In this document: positions 1-12,836 of the stretch, one piece after another
How the letters are laid out: every line of letters begins with the position of its first letter
Numbering within the stretch: position 1 is the first letter of the stretch
NCBI RefSeq assembly: GCF_009914755.1
Contig: NC_060925.1
Length of the DNA: 64,000 bases
Strand: one strand, 5' to 3'
Origin: the human T2T-CHM13v2.0 reference genome, Homo sapiens
The notes under the pieces: generated by a model
Database searches by the model: none
Seen by the model: only the letters and a program-made list of their open reading frames with translations
Told to the model about the DNA's origin: nothing
Position numbers and translations under genes: made by a program

Positions 1-205
1 GTCATTTGCCCTCTCTGCACCTCAGTTTCTCTATCTTCAAGGTGGGGATAATTATCTTCCCTGCCTCACAGGGTGTTGGGAAGATCAAATATATAGTCAA
101 TGTGAGGGGGATTTGCAAAAAAAAAAAAAAAGACTTCACACAGCTATAATGTATGATGATGTTATTGTGAGATCGTTCATCTAACCAGTCATTGATCCTC
201 CGCCG

Positions 206-852
<647 letters not shown>

Positions 853-1007
853 TCTATTTTTTTTTTTTTTTAAACAAAATTTTTTGAGGTGGCAGAACCA
901 GAGTTGAGCCTTGAAAGACTAGTATGAATCAGGTGAAGAGGCGGGGAATAACGTTTCAGACAGAGGGAACAGCACACGCTGCAAAGGCACAAAGTTAAGA
1001 AGGAACC

Positions 1008-1410
1008 TGAAAGGTTCTTGTATCGGTTGGAATCCCGAGAGCTCCCCAACAGCTAACACGAAGCGGTGCGTTTTAACAAGAGCCTGGGTGCCGGCGGGCT
1101 GAGGCGTAAAATGGCGTCAGCCCCCAAAATGGCGTCAGCCCCAAGTGAGGACGGGGCAGGGGTTTTATTGTCTCCTATAAACAGGGGGCGTCTCGGTCTG
1201 ACGTAACTGCTACGCGGTACCCGGATGGCCTCTTTCTCCATCTTCAGGGGTAGGTGTCTTCCAACCAGGGTAGGTGTCTTCCGGCCGGCTCTTTTCCTGC
1301 TTCTGCTGTCTTGCTGGCGTACGCAAGTAGCCCTGCGCCTGGCGACTGGGCCTGAGAAGGGAGGGGTTACTCATCCCTTCAAGCTTTCAGGCCCCGGGGA
1401 CAATCTTTCA
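1008..1410 (-). mobile_element. ERV solo LTR (resembles LTR3/HERV-K HML-6 family), inserted into an L2 remnant
   Basis: Terminal inverted repeats TGAAAG...CTTTCA and a 5-bp target-site duplication GAACC (1003-1007 and 1411-1415). 403 bp, CpG-rich. Family and orientation are from recalled consensus. Confidence 0.85.
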
Positions 1411-1464
1411 GAACCAAGTAAATTCTGAAGAATTTGGAAGGAAGTGAGTTTGGCTGGCTGAACT

Positions 1465-1475
1465 TGTGTGTGTGT

Positions 1476-1520
<45 letters not shown>

Positions 1521-1525
1521 TGTGT
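1465..1525. repeat. (GT)n microsatellite, interrupted
   Basis: Direct reading. Confidence 0.97.
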
Positions 1526-2214
1526 TGGGGGACTGGTGGGAAGGGCAGTAGTGGGGAAAGATCTGGAGTTAGACGTGGTCATACCTGAAAAGTAGGGAGG
1601 ACCTTGCTAAGGATTTGGACTTTATTCTTAAGACAGCGGGGAGCCACGGGAGGGCTTTTAGCAGGAAAGCAAGGTGATAGGGTTTGTGTCTTTGAAAAGT
1701 TACTTTGGCAGCAGTTATAGGGGGCAGTCTGAAGGTGGGGAAGTCAGTGAAGAGGCTCCTAAACCAAGGCAGCATGTTAGTGGCCAAAGGAAAGACAGAC
1801 GGGGGCATTGGTGAAAGGAGAAGCAGACAAACTAGAAATATCTAGAAGTCATGCCAGTGAGACTCTGGAGTCGGATTGTTTGGGTTCACCTCTCAGCTTC
1901 TTCACTTACTCACTTACTGCCTATAAGATCCTGGGCAGACTACTTACCCTCTGCGTTTCCATTTCTTTATCAGTAAAATGGAAGCGATAATAGTATCTGT
2001 GTATCTCAACAGCATAGAATGAAATGATTTAATATACATAAAAGAATTAGAACAGCACCTTTTGTTGCTACTTCTACAATGATCATTAGTAGTAGTAATG
2101 CTGACTGGATGTGGGAGCTGAGGGAGAGGAGAAGTTGAGCTGACACCCAGTTCTTGGGCTTTGACATCAGGGTATACCGTCAGCAAGAGTCTGGCACGTG
2201 GTAAGAGCTTATTA

Positions 2215-2762
<548 letters not shown>

Positions 2763-5700
2763 TTATGTTCTAAGTGTTTGGAAATTGGGAGATTCAGGGA
2801 GAGACCGCTTCAGGCCCCACAGCAAGGTGCTACTCTATCTTATTCAGGTCCTTCTGTCTTAGATAGTGACAGTAAAAGCAGGCCCAGGTGGCTAGGCTGA
2901 AAGGAGACAGTGGGGAAAAATGACAATTTTTTGGACTTCCCTGTGTGCCAGCAGGGACCCATCATTCCATACCTCTGACCTTCCTCCAAGGGACTATTGT
3001 GCCCCCAGACTAATGCCCAAGGCCAGGCTAAAGCTCCCCTAAAGCTACATGAGATGTTCTACGTATATTGTCTGATTATTCCTCACAGAAACCCCTCTCT
3101 AATAATCACCGTCTCTGTTATCAGATGAAGAAATAGGGGCAGACAAGTTCAGGGCCTCTTCCAAGGTCAGAGCTGGTGAGTGGGCATGGCAGGCCTACAC
3201 CCAGTTGTTGGACTCCAAAGGCTACAAGGGAAGCCGCCTTTTGATGGCTTTCACTGGGTGACCCTCCCTGCTTCCCAAGGCGTACCAGCAAATGGAAATG
3301 TCTTTCCTGTTGGAAATCAACGGATCAGGGAAGTATGTAGAGGATGCACCCCCTGCCCATGCCCCTCCTGGGGTGATGTGTTCCCAGAGCAGACCAAGCC
3401 ACTTAGGAACCTGAGCAAACTCTTGTGGACATTCCTGGAGCCTCAGGGAAGGTTCAGTCTTGTGGTCCACTTTCTACCAGCTAGAACCAGATGGGGGCAC
3501 AGTAAGAGGTAGGTTTGTGTGAGTGAGGAGTGGGGCTAGGGCTAGGGAATGGGGGCCAGCCAGGCATTCTAGGCCCAGGGACCCAGCTGAATGTGGTACA
3601 CAAACTGTTTGGCTTGGCACCTGGGCAGGCAGCACCCAGCTCCACAACACCCTCCTCCTTGGATACACTTGCTTCCTCCCTGACCAGTTTGGGAGGGGGG
3701 AGAATGGCCATGCCAGACATGTCATGCCAGGCTTGAGCCAAGGCCAAGAGAAACCACAGGAAGCCAGCAGAGCCTGGGGGAAAATAGAAACTGGGTGGGG
3801 GTGAGGCAGGGCAAGGGGGAAACAGCATGGCAAAGCAGAAGAAGTGGGGGCTGCGCTGGTCTGGGTCCTGGGGAGCTCCGGTGGGCTGGTCCCAGGAGAA
3901 GAGTTGGAAAAGCACAGTGGCAAGACTAAAGGGGAGAAAACAGCCAAACAGCCCAAACCTGGATACTCTAGGGGGGAAATGCATAATGCGAAGGACAGCC
4001 ACATGAAACTAGCAAACATTGTCTAGAGCCGGGGAAATGAATCAAGAGCAGTACCAGACTCCAAACTGAAACCCAAGGCAGAACTACCCCAACCCTCTCA
4101 GCCCAAGCCAGCCAATCCAAAACAGATTGGTTGCCTGCTGAGAGGAAAAAGGTGGAGAAGCCAGGGTGGATAGATGATGTGCTGGTGTGCTCGTGGGCCG
4201 GGGAAGGCAGCTGGGCTCAGGTGACGTGGGAAGGAGGAGTGGCTCCCTCTTAGCACATTTCAATATGCTAAGCACATTCATATATCTCATTTAATCCCCA
4301 AAGCCCTGTAAAATAGTGTCTGTTATTCCCATGTTATAGATGAGGCAACTAAAACCCAGAGGAGTTAAGCAACTTGCCTGAGGTCACACAGCTAGGATGT
4401 AACAGAGCTGGGACTTTAGTTTAGCTCCAACTCCAAAGTACCAGGTTCTTAACCCCTATCCTTTAGTACATCCCCTAAAACTATAATCTTTAGGATCCAG
4501 AGACTTGGGTTCAAGTCCTAGCTCTATCACTAGCTACGAGGCCATGGCAAGTCACTTCCTCTCTCTGAGCCCAAGGTTCTCTGTCTCTAAAATGAGAGAG
4601 TCCAGTGGGATGATTGGCAGACAGATGTCCCGAGTGAATATCATGCATAGAGGTACAGGAACTTCCTAATGGGGTTACTGGCTCTGCTCTTGAATTGTTT
4701 ATGCTTACTGGGTGCTTGCCTTCTCTGGGTCTCAGTTTCCCTTACTGTGCAATGGAAAGTATCTTTTTTGAACCCTTCCAGTCTCCTGGGAATGCTGTGA
4801 GTTGAGATGAGGAGGAAAGACCTGAGCTGCTCCAGGAGAAAATGGCTGAACCATTTTGTCCAGCATTGGAGGTCTTAGGAGGGATTGGCAGTGTTCCCAG
4901 GGAGAACCAAAAGCAAGGGACCTCTGGACAAGCCCCCCTCATCTCATGCCTCTGATCGCCCTCCAAAGGACTATTGTACCCCCAGACTAATGCCCAAGGG
5001 CAGGCGAACAACAGGAACCAACACTTGGCTAGCACTTTCCATGTGCAAGTCATTGCACTTATTCTCTCACTTAACCCTCACAGTACTCTTCTGGGATGGC
5101 TACTGCTAGATGTCTTGTAATCCCCATTTTATAGACGAGCAAACTGAGGCACAGAGCCATAAAGTGACTTATAGCAGAGCCTGGGTCAGAAGTCAGGCAG
5201 TCTGGCCCAGAGTCCACGCATTTAACCAGGGTGCTGGGCTGCCTCTCAAGAGCAATTCTGAGAGGGCTGAATGAGATGACAAGCCTTGGGAAGTGGCCCA
5301 TCAGTGGGGCTCAGGAACCATCGTATTTCCAGGGTACCTGCTCCCAGAGCTGACCTTGGGTTGTGAGCTCAGCTGGGGCGTGCCTGGGGCTCCTGGATTG
5401 CCCTATTTCTGTCATTACCCTAGGTATTCTAGAGTTAAGGGGAGCCTGGGTTGAGGGGATGGTTCTGGCTGCCTGGGGAGGTAGGGGATGTGAACACTGT
5501 GGTATCAGCATTGAGCCCTGGAGACCCTTGGCCTTGATCAGCACCCCCAGAGAGTCCACAAGAGAGCTTCTGAGGCTGGTCATGCCTAATAACCATCTTC
5601 TTATGAAGAGCATTAAGACATTTCTAGGAGCTTTTCACCAGAAATGGCTCTTTATCTTCCCTTGTGAGGAGTAGCAATGCAATTATAGCCCCAATTTACA

Positions 5701-6073
5701 GACAGACCTGCAGGGGAGGTGTAGAGCAGGAGGTGACTTGCCTGGGATTCCCCAGTGGGTTAGAGATGAAGCCGGGATGGAGCTGAGGAGGATCTTGTGG
5801 TGACAGGAGAAGGGTCCAGCCATGACTGACCTTACCACTCACAGCCTCCCGGAAGCAAATCTTCAAGAGGGCCCAAGTGGGAGCCCTGGGTGATTCCAAG
5901 AGAAGGAGCCAGTTGTGCATGAATTTGGAGATTTTTCTCAAGGAGTCATTTTCTTGGGTCTCCTGAGCACTGAGGAAAGGAGGAAGACATCATGGGGTTG
6001 GTGGTAGGGGCAGGCGGCGACAAGGAAATTGTCCTTGGGTGAAGGACTAAAGATAAGAATAAAAAACAAAGTC

Positions 6074-6390
6074 TTTTTGTTGTTGTTGTTGTTGTTGTTG
6101 TTGTTTTTGAGATGGAGTCTCGCTCTGTCACCCAGGCTGGAGTGCAGTGGTGCAATCTCAGCTCATTGCAACCTTCCACCTGCCGGGTTCAAGCAATTCT
6201 CCTGCCTCAGCCTCCCAAGTAGCTGGGACTATAGGTGCGTTCCACCATGCCCAGCTAATTTTTTGTATTTTTAGTAGAGATGGGGTTTCACCATGGTGGC
6301 CAGGCTGGTCTCGAACTCCTGACCTCGTAATTCGCCTGCCTTGGCCTCCCAAAGTGCTGGGATTACAGGCTTGAGCCACCACGCCCAGCC
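6074..6390 (-). mobile_element. Alu (AluS-like) with (TTG)n-derived tail
   Basis: Antisense Alu body preceded by (TTG)n. Confidence 0.92.
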
Positions 6391-6476
6391 TAATCACCTG
6401 TGTCTTAACAAGCCCTCCAGGTGATTCTGACACACACTGAAAATTAAGGACCACTGTTACAGAAGAAAAGGATGTG

Positions 6477-6911
6477 GTATCGGTATGCTAGGGCTGCCTT
6501 AACAAAACATCAAAAACTGGGCGGCTTAAAACAACTGAAATGCATTCACTCATAGTTCTGAGGCCAGAAGTTCTAAACCAAGGTGTCAGCAGAGCTGCGC
6601 TACCTCTGAGGGTGCTGGGGTGGGTGCTTCTTTGCCTCTTCCAGCTTCCGGCAGCTGCTGGCGTTCCTTGTGGCTGCATCACTCCAGTCTCTGCCTTCTG
6701 CCTTCACGTAGCTTTCTCCTCTTTCTCTCTGTGTCTCTCTGTGGTCTCTGATAAGGATACTTATCATTGGATTTAGGGCCCACCTGGATCATCCTGACCA
6801 TCTCACCCCAAGATCCTTAATACATTTGCAAAGGCCCCTTTTCTAAATAATGTCCCATTTACAGGTTCTGGAAGTTGTATATCTTCTGGGGCCTCCATTT
6901 CACCCACTACA
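6477..6911 (-). mobile_element. MaLR LTR (MLT1-type)
   Basis: Typical MLT1 motifs (agggctgccttaacaaa...ggcttaaaacaac...catagttctgaggccagaagt; cattggatttagggcccacc) ending cccactaca. Confidence 0.8.
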
Positions 6912-8032
6912 AGGCGAGGAGGGAAAGTGGGCCTGGACCCTGTGAGAGAGCACTTGGGGGTAAGAAGCTGAGGCTAGAGTCAGGAAGAAAAACAGGAGGG
7001 TTAGAGTGGGCAGTAGTCACGAGCCGGCTGTGCCCACCATGGGGGCATCTGGCCAAGTGAGGCCCACAGCTGGTTGGAGAAGGGAGCAACAGGGGCAACA
7101 AGGCCAGAGGTCTGGGGTGCTCTCATCTAAGGCCTTGTCCTGAAGGTGCCGTCTGCTGTGGAAAAGCCTCCCCGCCAAAATCTGCCTGCAAGCTGTGCAG
7201 GTGATCTAGTGAACCCTGTTGGCACCACCCATCCTGCCTGCCAGCCAGAGGGCCCTAAGGCCCAGCTGTGCTGTAGGGCCCAGCCGAGGGGTCCCCAGGG
7301 ACGCACGAGGTGGCAGATGGCCTCCCTGGCATGGCTATTTTGGGCTCCGTGATTATATGCTACTGTATTTGGATCTTCCCAAGGTTCCGGGAGTTGATTA
7401 CCACATACGTTTGGGGCAGAGGCTGCTCTGAGGTGGGTGGGTGGGCGGGTAGGCAGCCCCCTGCAGCCCTCAAGGGTCTGAACATGGGTAATTTGGCTCC
7501 TGAGAGATGCTAGGAGAGTGTTCGTGGTGGGCTGGGCCAGGGGATCAGGGGTGATTCTTTCAGCCGTAAATGCCGGTCTGGGACAGAGTTGGCCCAAGTC
7601 GGGCCACCCAGGAGCAGTGCGGGAACACCTCAGCTCAGACTTGTGGGGCTCCTCAGCCTTCCTGCTAGCCCTCTCTGGCTATGGTGCTAGGGCTTTCTTG
7701 GGCCAGAATGTTCTCCTCTGACTGGGCCACTCCTGCCCTCTGCGCCCCACAGAGCTCAAGCAGGCCAAGGCCTGAGAGGCCTGAGGCAAGAGTACCCCGG
7801 GTGTTGCGAACTGATAGCTCAGATTTGGTGTAGGTGCAATTAAGCCCCCAGTCGGGACCAGGAGGTGGGTGATCCCTCCCCCATGGGGAGAGGACAGAGG
7901 CAGGCTTTCTCCTCAGCTCTCCTTCCTCTTGTATTATTGCCCCTTCCTGAGCAGCTGATGCCAGTGCAGAGCCCTGGCCTGAGTTCTGGGTCTGTCAGGA
8001 GGGAAGAGGAGACCGAACTATTGGTGTGTCTC

Positions 8033-8612
8033 TGTCCATCCATCCATTCATCCTTGCATCCATCCATGCATCCATCCATCCATCCATCCATTCATCCATC
8101 CCTCCCTCCCTTCATCTATCCATTCATCCATCCCCCATCCCTCCTTCCCTCTGTCCCTCCCTCCCTCCCTCCATCCATCCATTCATCCATCCCTCCCTCC
8201 CTTCATCTATCCATTCATCCATCCCCCATCCCTCCCTCCCTCCCTCTGTCCCTCTTTCCATCCATATATCCATTCCTCCATCCCCATCCCTCCCTCCCCC
8301 ATCCCTCCATCCCTCCACCCATCCATCCATCCATCCATTCATCCATCCCCCATCCCTCCCTCCCTCTCTCCTTCCATCCCCCATCCCTCCATCCATCCAT
8401 CCCTCCCTCCCTCCCTCCCCCATCCCTCCATCCCTCCACCCATCCATCCATCCATCCATTCATCCATCCCCCATCCCTCCCTCCCTCTCTCCTTCCATCC
8501 CCCCTCCCTCCATCCATCCCTCCCTCCCTCCCTTCATCTATCCATTCATCCATCCCCTGTCCCTCCATCCATCCCTCCATGCATCCATCCCCCCATCTGT
8601 CTGTCCATCTGT
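8033..8612. repeat. Complex (CCAT/CCCT)n pyrimidine-rich tandem repeat with higher-order units
   Basis: About 580 bp almost free of G on the + strand, with repeated ~90- and 121-bp super-units. Confidence 0.97.
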
Positions 8613-9162
8613 TTGTTTTTGTAAACTTTGACGAGTGCTTGAAATGCCTAACACAAGAGATACTGAGATAAATAATAAAACAAGGGCCCTGCCTTTTCAG
8701 CAGCTCTTGGTCTGATGTAGGAATATTAGATACACCAAGACCCCATCTTCATCCTTCCCTTCCCATACATTCTCCCATTCTGTGCACTTAAAATTCTGTG
8801 ACAGAAAAGTCAGTGCAAGCAAACATGATGTAAAATATGTATATAAAAGCTAAAAGAGAATTGACTAAAATGATGAAAACCGGGTGAAGCCCAGTGTGTG
8901 TAATAAAAATCATATTGGTAGTTAATGTTTGGTGAGTGCTTACTATGTTACCAGGCTCTAGGCTAATCCTTGGCAGACTACCTCATTCCTTGCAACAAGC
9001 CTCTAAAGGAGGTCCTGTGATCCTTTTTTTACAGATGAGGAAGTGAGGATGTAGGGAATTGATCAGTTGGTAAAATGGTTCATCTGCATACAAAGTTCAT
9101 GCATGCTGTTAGCCATGACTTTAGACTGTGCAGAAGGGCAGCTGTGAGGGACCCTTGAGGTC

Positions 9163-9494
9163 TAGTTCCCAAGGCTGTCTACCTCACAGCACTAGGGAAA
9201 CTATAAAGTGCAGATCCCCAGGCCCCTTCTCAGACTTAGTGAACTGGAATCTTCAGGGCTGGGGCCCAAGAATCTGGATTTTTAAAAAATCTTCCCAGGT
9301 GATTCTGATGCACAGCTAGGTTTGGGAGCCACTGCTCCAATCCTCGCCACTCAAAGTGAGCTTCATTGGTCAGCAGCATCGGCGTCACTTGGGAGTATAA
9401 GTGCAGACCTGCTCACGCAGATTCTGCATTTTAACAGGACCCATCCCTCCACCCCCCAGGGGATTAGTATGCAATTCAAAATTGGGAATCACTG
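9163..9494. mobile_element. Two adjacent MER5-family (hAT-Charlie) DNA transposon fossils
   Basis: Motifs ccaggtgattctgatgcacag...tttgggagccactg and ctgcattttaacag...ttgggaatcactg. Confidence 0.7.
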
Positions 9495-11289
9495 TTCTTT
9501 TGTTCAGGAGCTTCTGGGACATTCTGCGCCCTCTCCCAACCTCAGCTGAGATGGACAGCAATCATTATCAGCTGTCCATAGGTCTGTCCCCTAGGCCCTA
9601 AGGACTTTCTGCAGAAAGTCTCCAACCCTTAGAACCGCTTTTTTGTACCCCCGCAGTCACTTGTACACATGGGATGTAAATGTTAAGGTTTAGACTGGTT
9701 TGGTTGTGGACCCACTTGGAGGCAGTGAAAGGTACTAGATAACCTTTTGGGCGATGCAGTTGGGCAGATAAAGGTTAGACTTTGGGAAGAACATCCTAGC
9801 TGTCTATACCACACAAAGGGGAAAAGGCTAGAGTATCTTCTTGGGAAGGTACATTAGAGTCACACTCTCCTCACCTGGCCTGGGGGCAGGAGAAAGTGTA
9901 TGACGATCTCACTCTGATCCCATCATGACGTTTTCTGGGAGTATCCTCAGAGAATCCCAGAGAGGTAAGAGAAGGCTCAGGCTGCAGCCAGGAAGAGTGG
10001 AGCCAGCACCTGTGGCCTGCAGCAGCCTTCCACTGGCCACACCCCTGGAGCCTTTGCCTGCCCCCTCCTCCTCCCCAGCGCCTCAGCCATCCTGATGAGA
10101 GAAGAAGGGTCGGGGGCTGGGAAAGTGTGATCTTTTTCGAGAGCGTGTGAGTAATTTTCCATCTGTTTATGAGCTGTTGGAGCCCAGGTGTCTGCCAGCC
10201 ACTCGCTGGAGGGTGAAAATCCACACAGCAACCGGAAAAGGCGGCAAGCACACCAGGCTCCTTCCCTGGCCACCGGCTGAGGCTGCGTGGGTGGAGGCTG
10301 CCCTCCTAAGACCACAGGACCTTAGAATACTGGGGCTGGAAGGCGTCATGGAGGTCACTAAGTCCAACTGACTCTTTTACAGGTGAGGAAACCAAGCAGT
10401 TGAAAGAGGAAGTTACTTCCCAGTGTCGCCCAGTGAATCAGTGGCAGCGCTGCAGCTAGCTGGAACCCAGACCAGGCCTGCAGATGCTTTTTTGGCTCTG
10501 GAAGGGGATGATCTATTTATGAGCCTCTGTGACCACTGCAACCAGATGGCTCTAAGAGCAGTTGTTCTGGAATGTGACCCCATCCGGGGGACTCTCGCCA
10601 AAGTCGCTTCCCTCCCCTCACCACCCTGACACCTGTTTTGAGACTTGGAGCCAGCTCCTTCCTTTGCCCTCCCTTAAACGACTCTAGCAAGGCCTGGTCT
10701 GGAGGACTTTGAGGGTCCTGGGAGGGGTCTGGACTATGGAGAGGGAGGAGCGAGGCCCATGGTGTTTGGGGGGATGTGCTGCCGTGGCGTGGCAGTCACT
10801 GAAAGGTTGCAGTGCCTTCAGGGCCCTGGCAGCCCACAGAGAGGACATCATTGCTGTCCCCTCGCAAAGCAATCTCTTCCCCAAGGAAAAAGGACAAGTC
10901 CAGCTCTCTCTGCCCTCCCCATGTTTCCTAGAAGAATTCCACTTTTTCTCCAGAAGGTGTCCTGCCTTTATTGCCTGGTGAGTGGGGAGTGCAGCACCTT
11001 TCTGGGGCTGGAGGCCACAGAGGACCATCAGCACAGGTGACCCTGGCCCCCTCCCTATCCTGGGAGCCGAGGCACCACAGTTGGGAAAGAGGAGAGAAGG
11101 CAGGAGTTGGAATGAAGGGAAAGAGGAAAGAAACTTTCTTTGAGCATCTCCTGCGTGATAGATACCAGGTACCTTCCTCAGGCTGATCTCCATTCAGCAG
11201 CAGGGCCACCAGTACCACTCACCGAGGCTCCACTGCAGCCGACTCCTGACTTCGCTCTCTCCTCCCCTTCACAGTCCACACCAGTGGTG

Positions 11290-12480
11290 TCCATCAGTTC
11301 TTCATCTACAGGCGAAGCATTCTTACCCTTCTGATAAGGTGCTTTCCAGCCCTTATCTTATTTGATTGCATAGGAGCATGTGATAATGTTGCCTCCTCTT
11401 TCCTTAAAGTCCTTTCTTCCTGTGCCTTCTGTAAGGAGACCCCATTCTCCTAGATCTCTCCTCTCTAGTCACTCCTCGATTCTCCTTGGAAGCTCCTCTT
11501 CCCCTGCCCATCCTATAAATGGCAGAATTCTTTGGGAGCTCTGCCCTATCTCTGCTTCAGTTTCTCCCTGGGAGGTTTCTCATCTGCCCATGGACTCAGT
11601 AACTACCTGTGTACTGATGGTTCTCAAGTCTTAGCTTTAGCTTAGATTGGTACAATGAACGGCCTATTGGAATCTCCACTTGCATGACTCACGGGGCTTC
11701 AAACTGAACATTTCTCAAAGTAAACCCATCATCTCCTATGCATATTCCTTCTCCACATCCTCTGTTTCGAGAAATAACATCATTTAGTTCCCTAATTCGG
11801 AGACTTGGGTGTCATCCTTAACTCTTTCACCACTGCATCCAATCAATCAAGTCCCAGTGACTGTACATCCTGTTCGCTCTGGAGTAGGTCCTCTTTTCCT
11901 TACTTCCTGGTGGCCACCATTGTCTGCCCGCCATCATCACTTGCCTGGGCTGCTGTAACAGCCTCCTTACAGGCCCCCAGCTTCTACTCTGGACTTACCC
12001 CAGTCTTTTCCCCACATTGCAGCCAGATGGATCTTAAGACACGAATGTGATCATGTCACTCCCCTGCTTAAAATTCTCAGTTGGCTCCCAATTATCCTGA
12101 AGACAAAGCCCAAACTCCTTGGCTAATGTACAAGGCAACCCACAACCTGGCTCCTGCCCATCTCTCACCACTTCCCCTCCCACTCTATGCTGTAGCCAGA
12201 CTGAGTAACTTGCAGTTCTCTTGGGCGTGCAGCCTGTGCTCCTGTGCTTTGCTGTTCCCTCTGCCTGATATACTTGCTCCTAGTTCTCCTTCTCACCATC
12301 CTAATTCATCCTTCCCACCTCCTACTCATCCTTTAGGTCTTACCTTGAATGTCTCCTCCTGAAGGAGGCCTTTTCTGATTCATTCAGCTGCCTCTGTGCT
12401 GCACTCCCAGAACAGCCTGCAATCCTACTGTTATTCTCTTATTTCATCCTGTTTCCCTCTATACTCTGAGTTCTACAGGG
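11290..12480. mobile_element. L2 LINE remnant
   Basis: L2-like text (tgatcatgtcactcccctgcttaaaa, ctgttccctctgcct..., cctcctgaaggaggccttttctga). Confidence 0.7.
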
Positions 12481-12499
12481 TTGGAGACTGAGTGTCCTT

Positions 12500-12836
12500 T
12501 TTTATTTTTTAATTTATTTTTTATTTTTATTATTTATTATTATTATTATTATTTTTTGAGACAGAGTCTCACTCTGTCACCGAGGCTGGAGTGCAGTGGT
12601 GCAGTCTTGGCTCACCGCAACCTCTGCTTTCAAGGTTCAAGCGATTCTCCTGCCTCAGCCTCCTGAGTAGCTAAGATTACAGGGGCCCACCACCACACCC
12701 AGCTAATTTTTGTATTTTTAGTAGAGATGGGGTTTCATCATGTTGGTCAGGCTGGTCTCAAACTCCTGACTCAGGTGATCTGCCCACCTCGCCTCCTACA
12801 GTGCTGGGATTACAGAAGTGAGCCACCACACCCAGA
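12500..12836 (-). mobile_element. Alu (AluSx-like) with TSD
   Basis: Antisense Alu flanked by gactgagtgtcctttttt / gactggatgtcctttttt. Confidence 0.92.

Noticed and set aside
7865-8671. 268-aa Pro/Ser/His-rich ORF and overlapping ORFs on both strands
   Set aside because: These are translations of the CCAT/CCCT repeat, which lacks stop codons by composition; there is no sign of a real gene.
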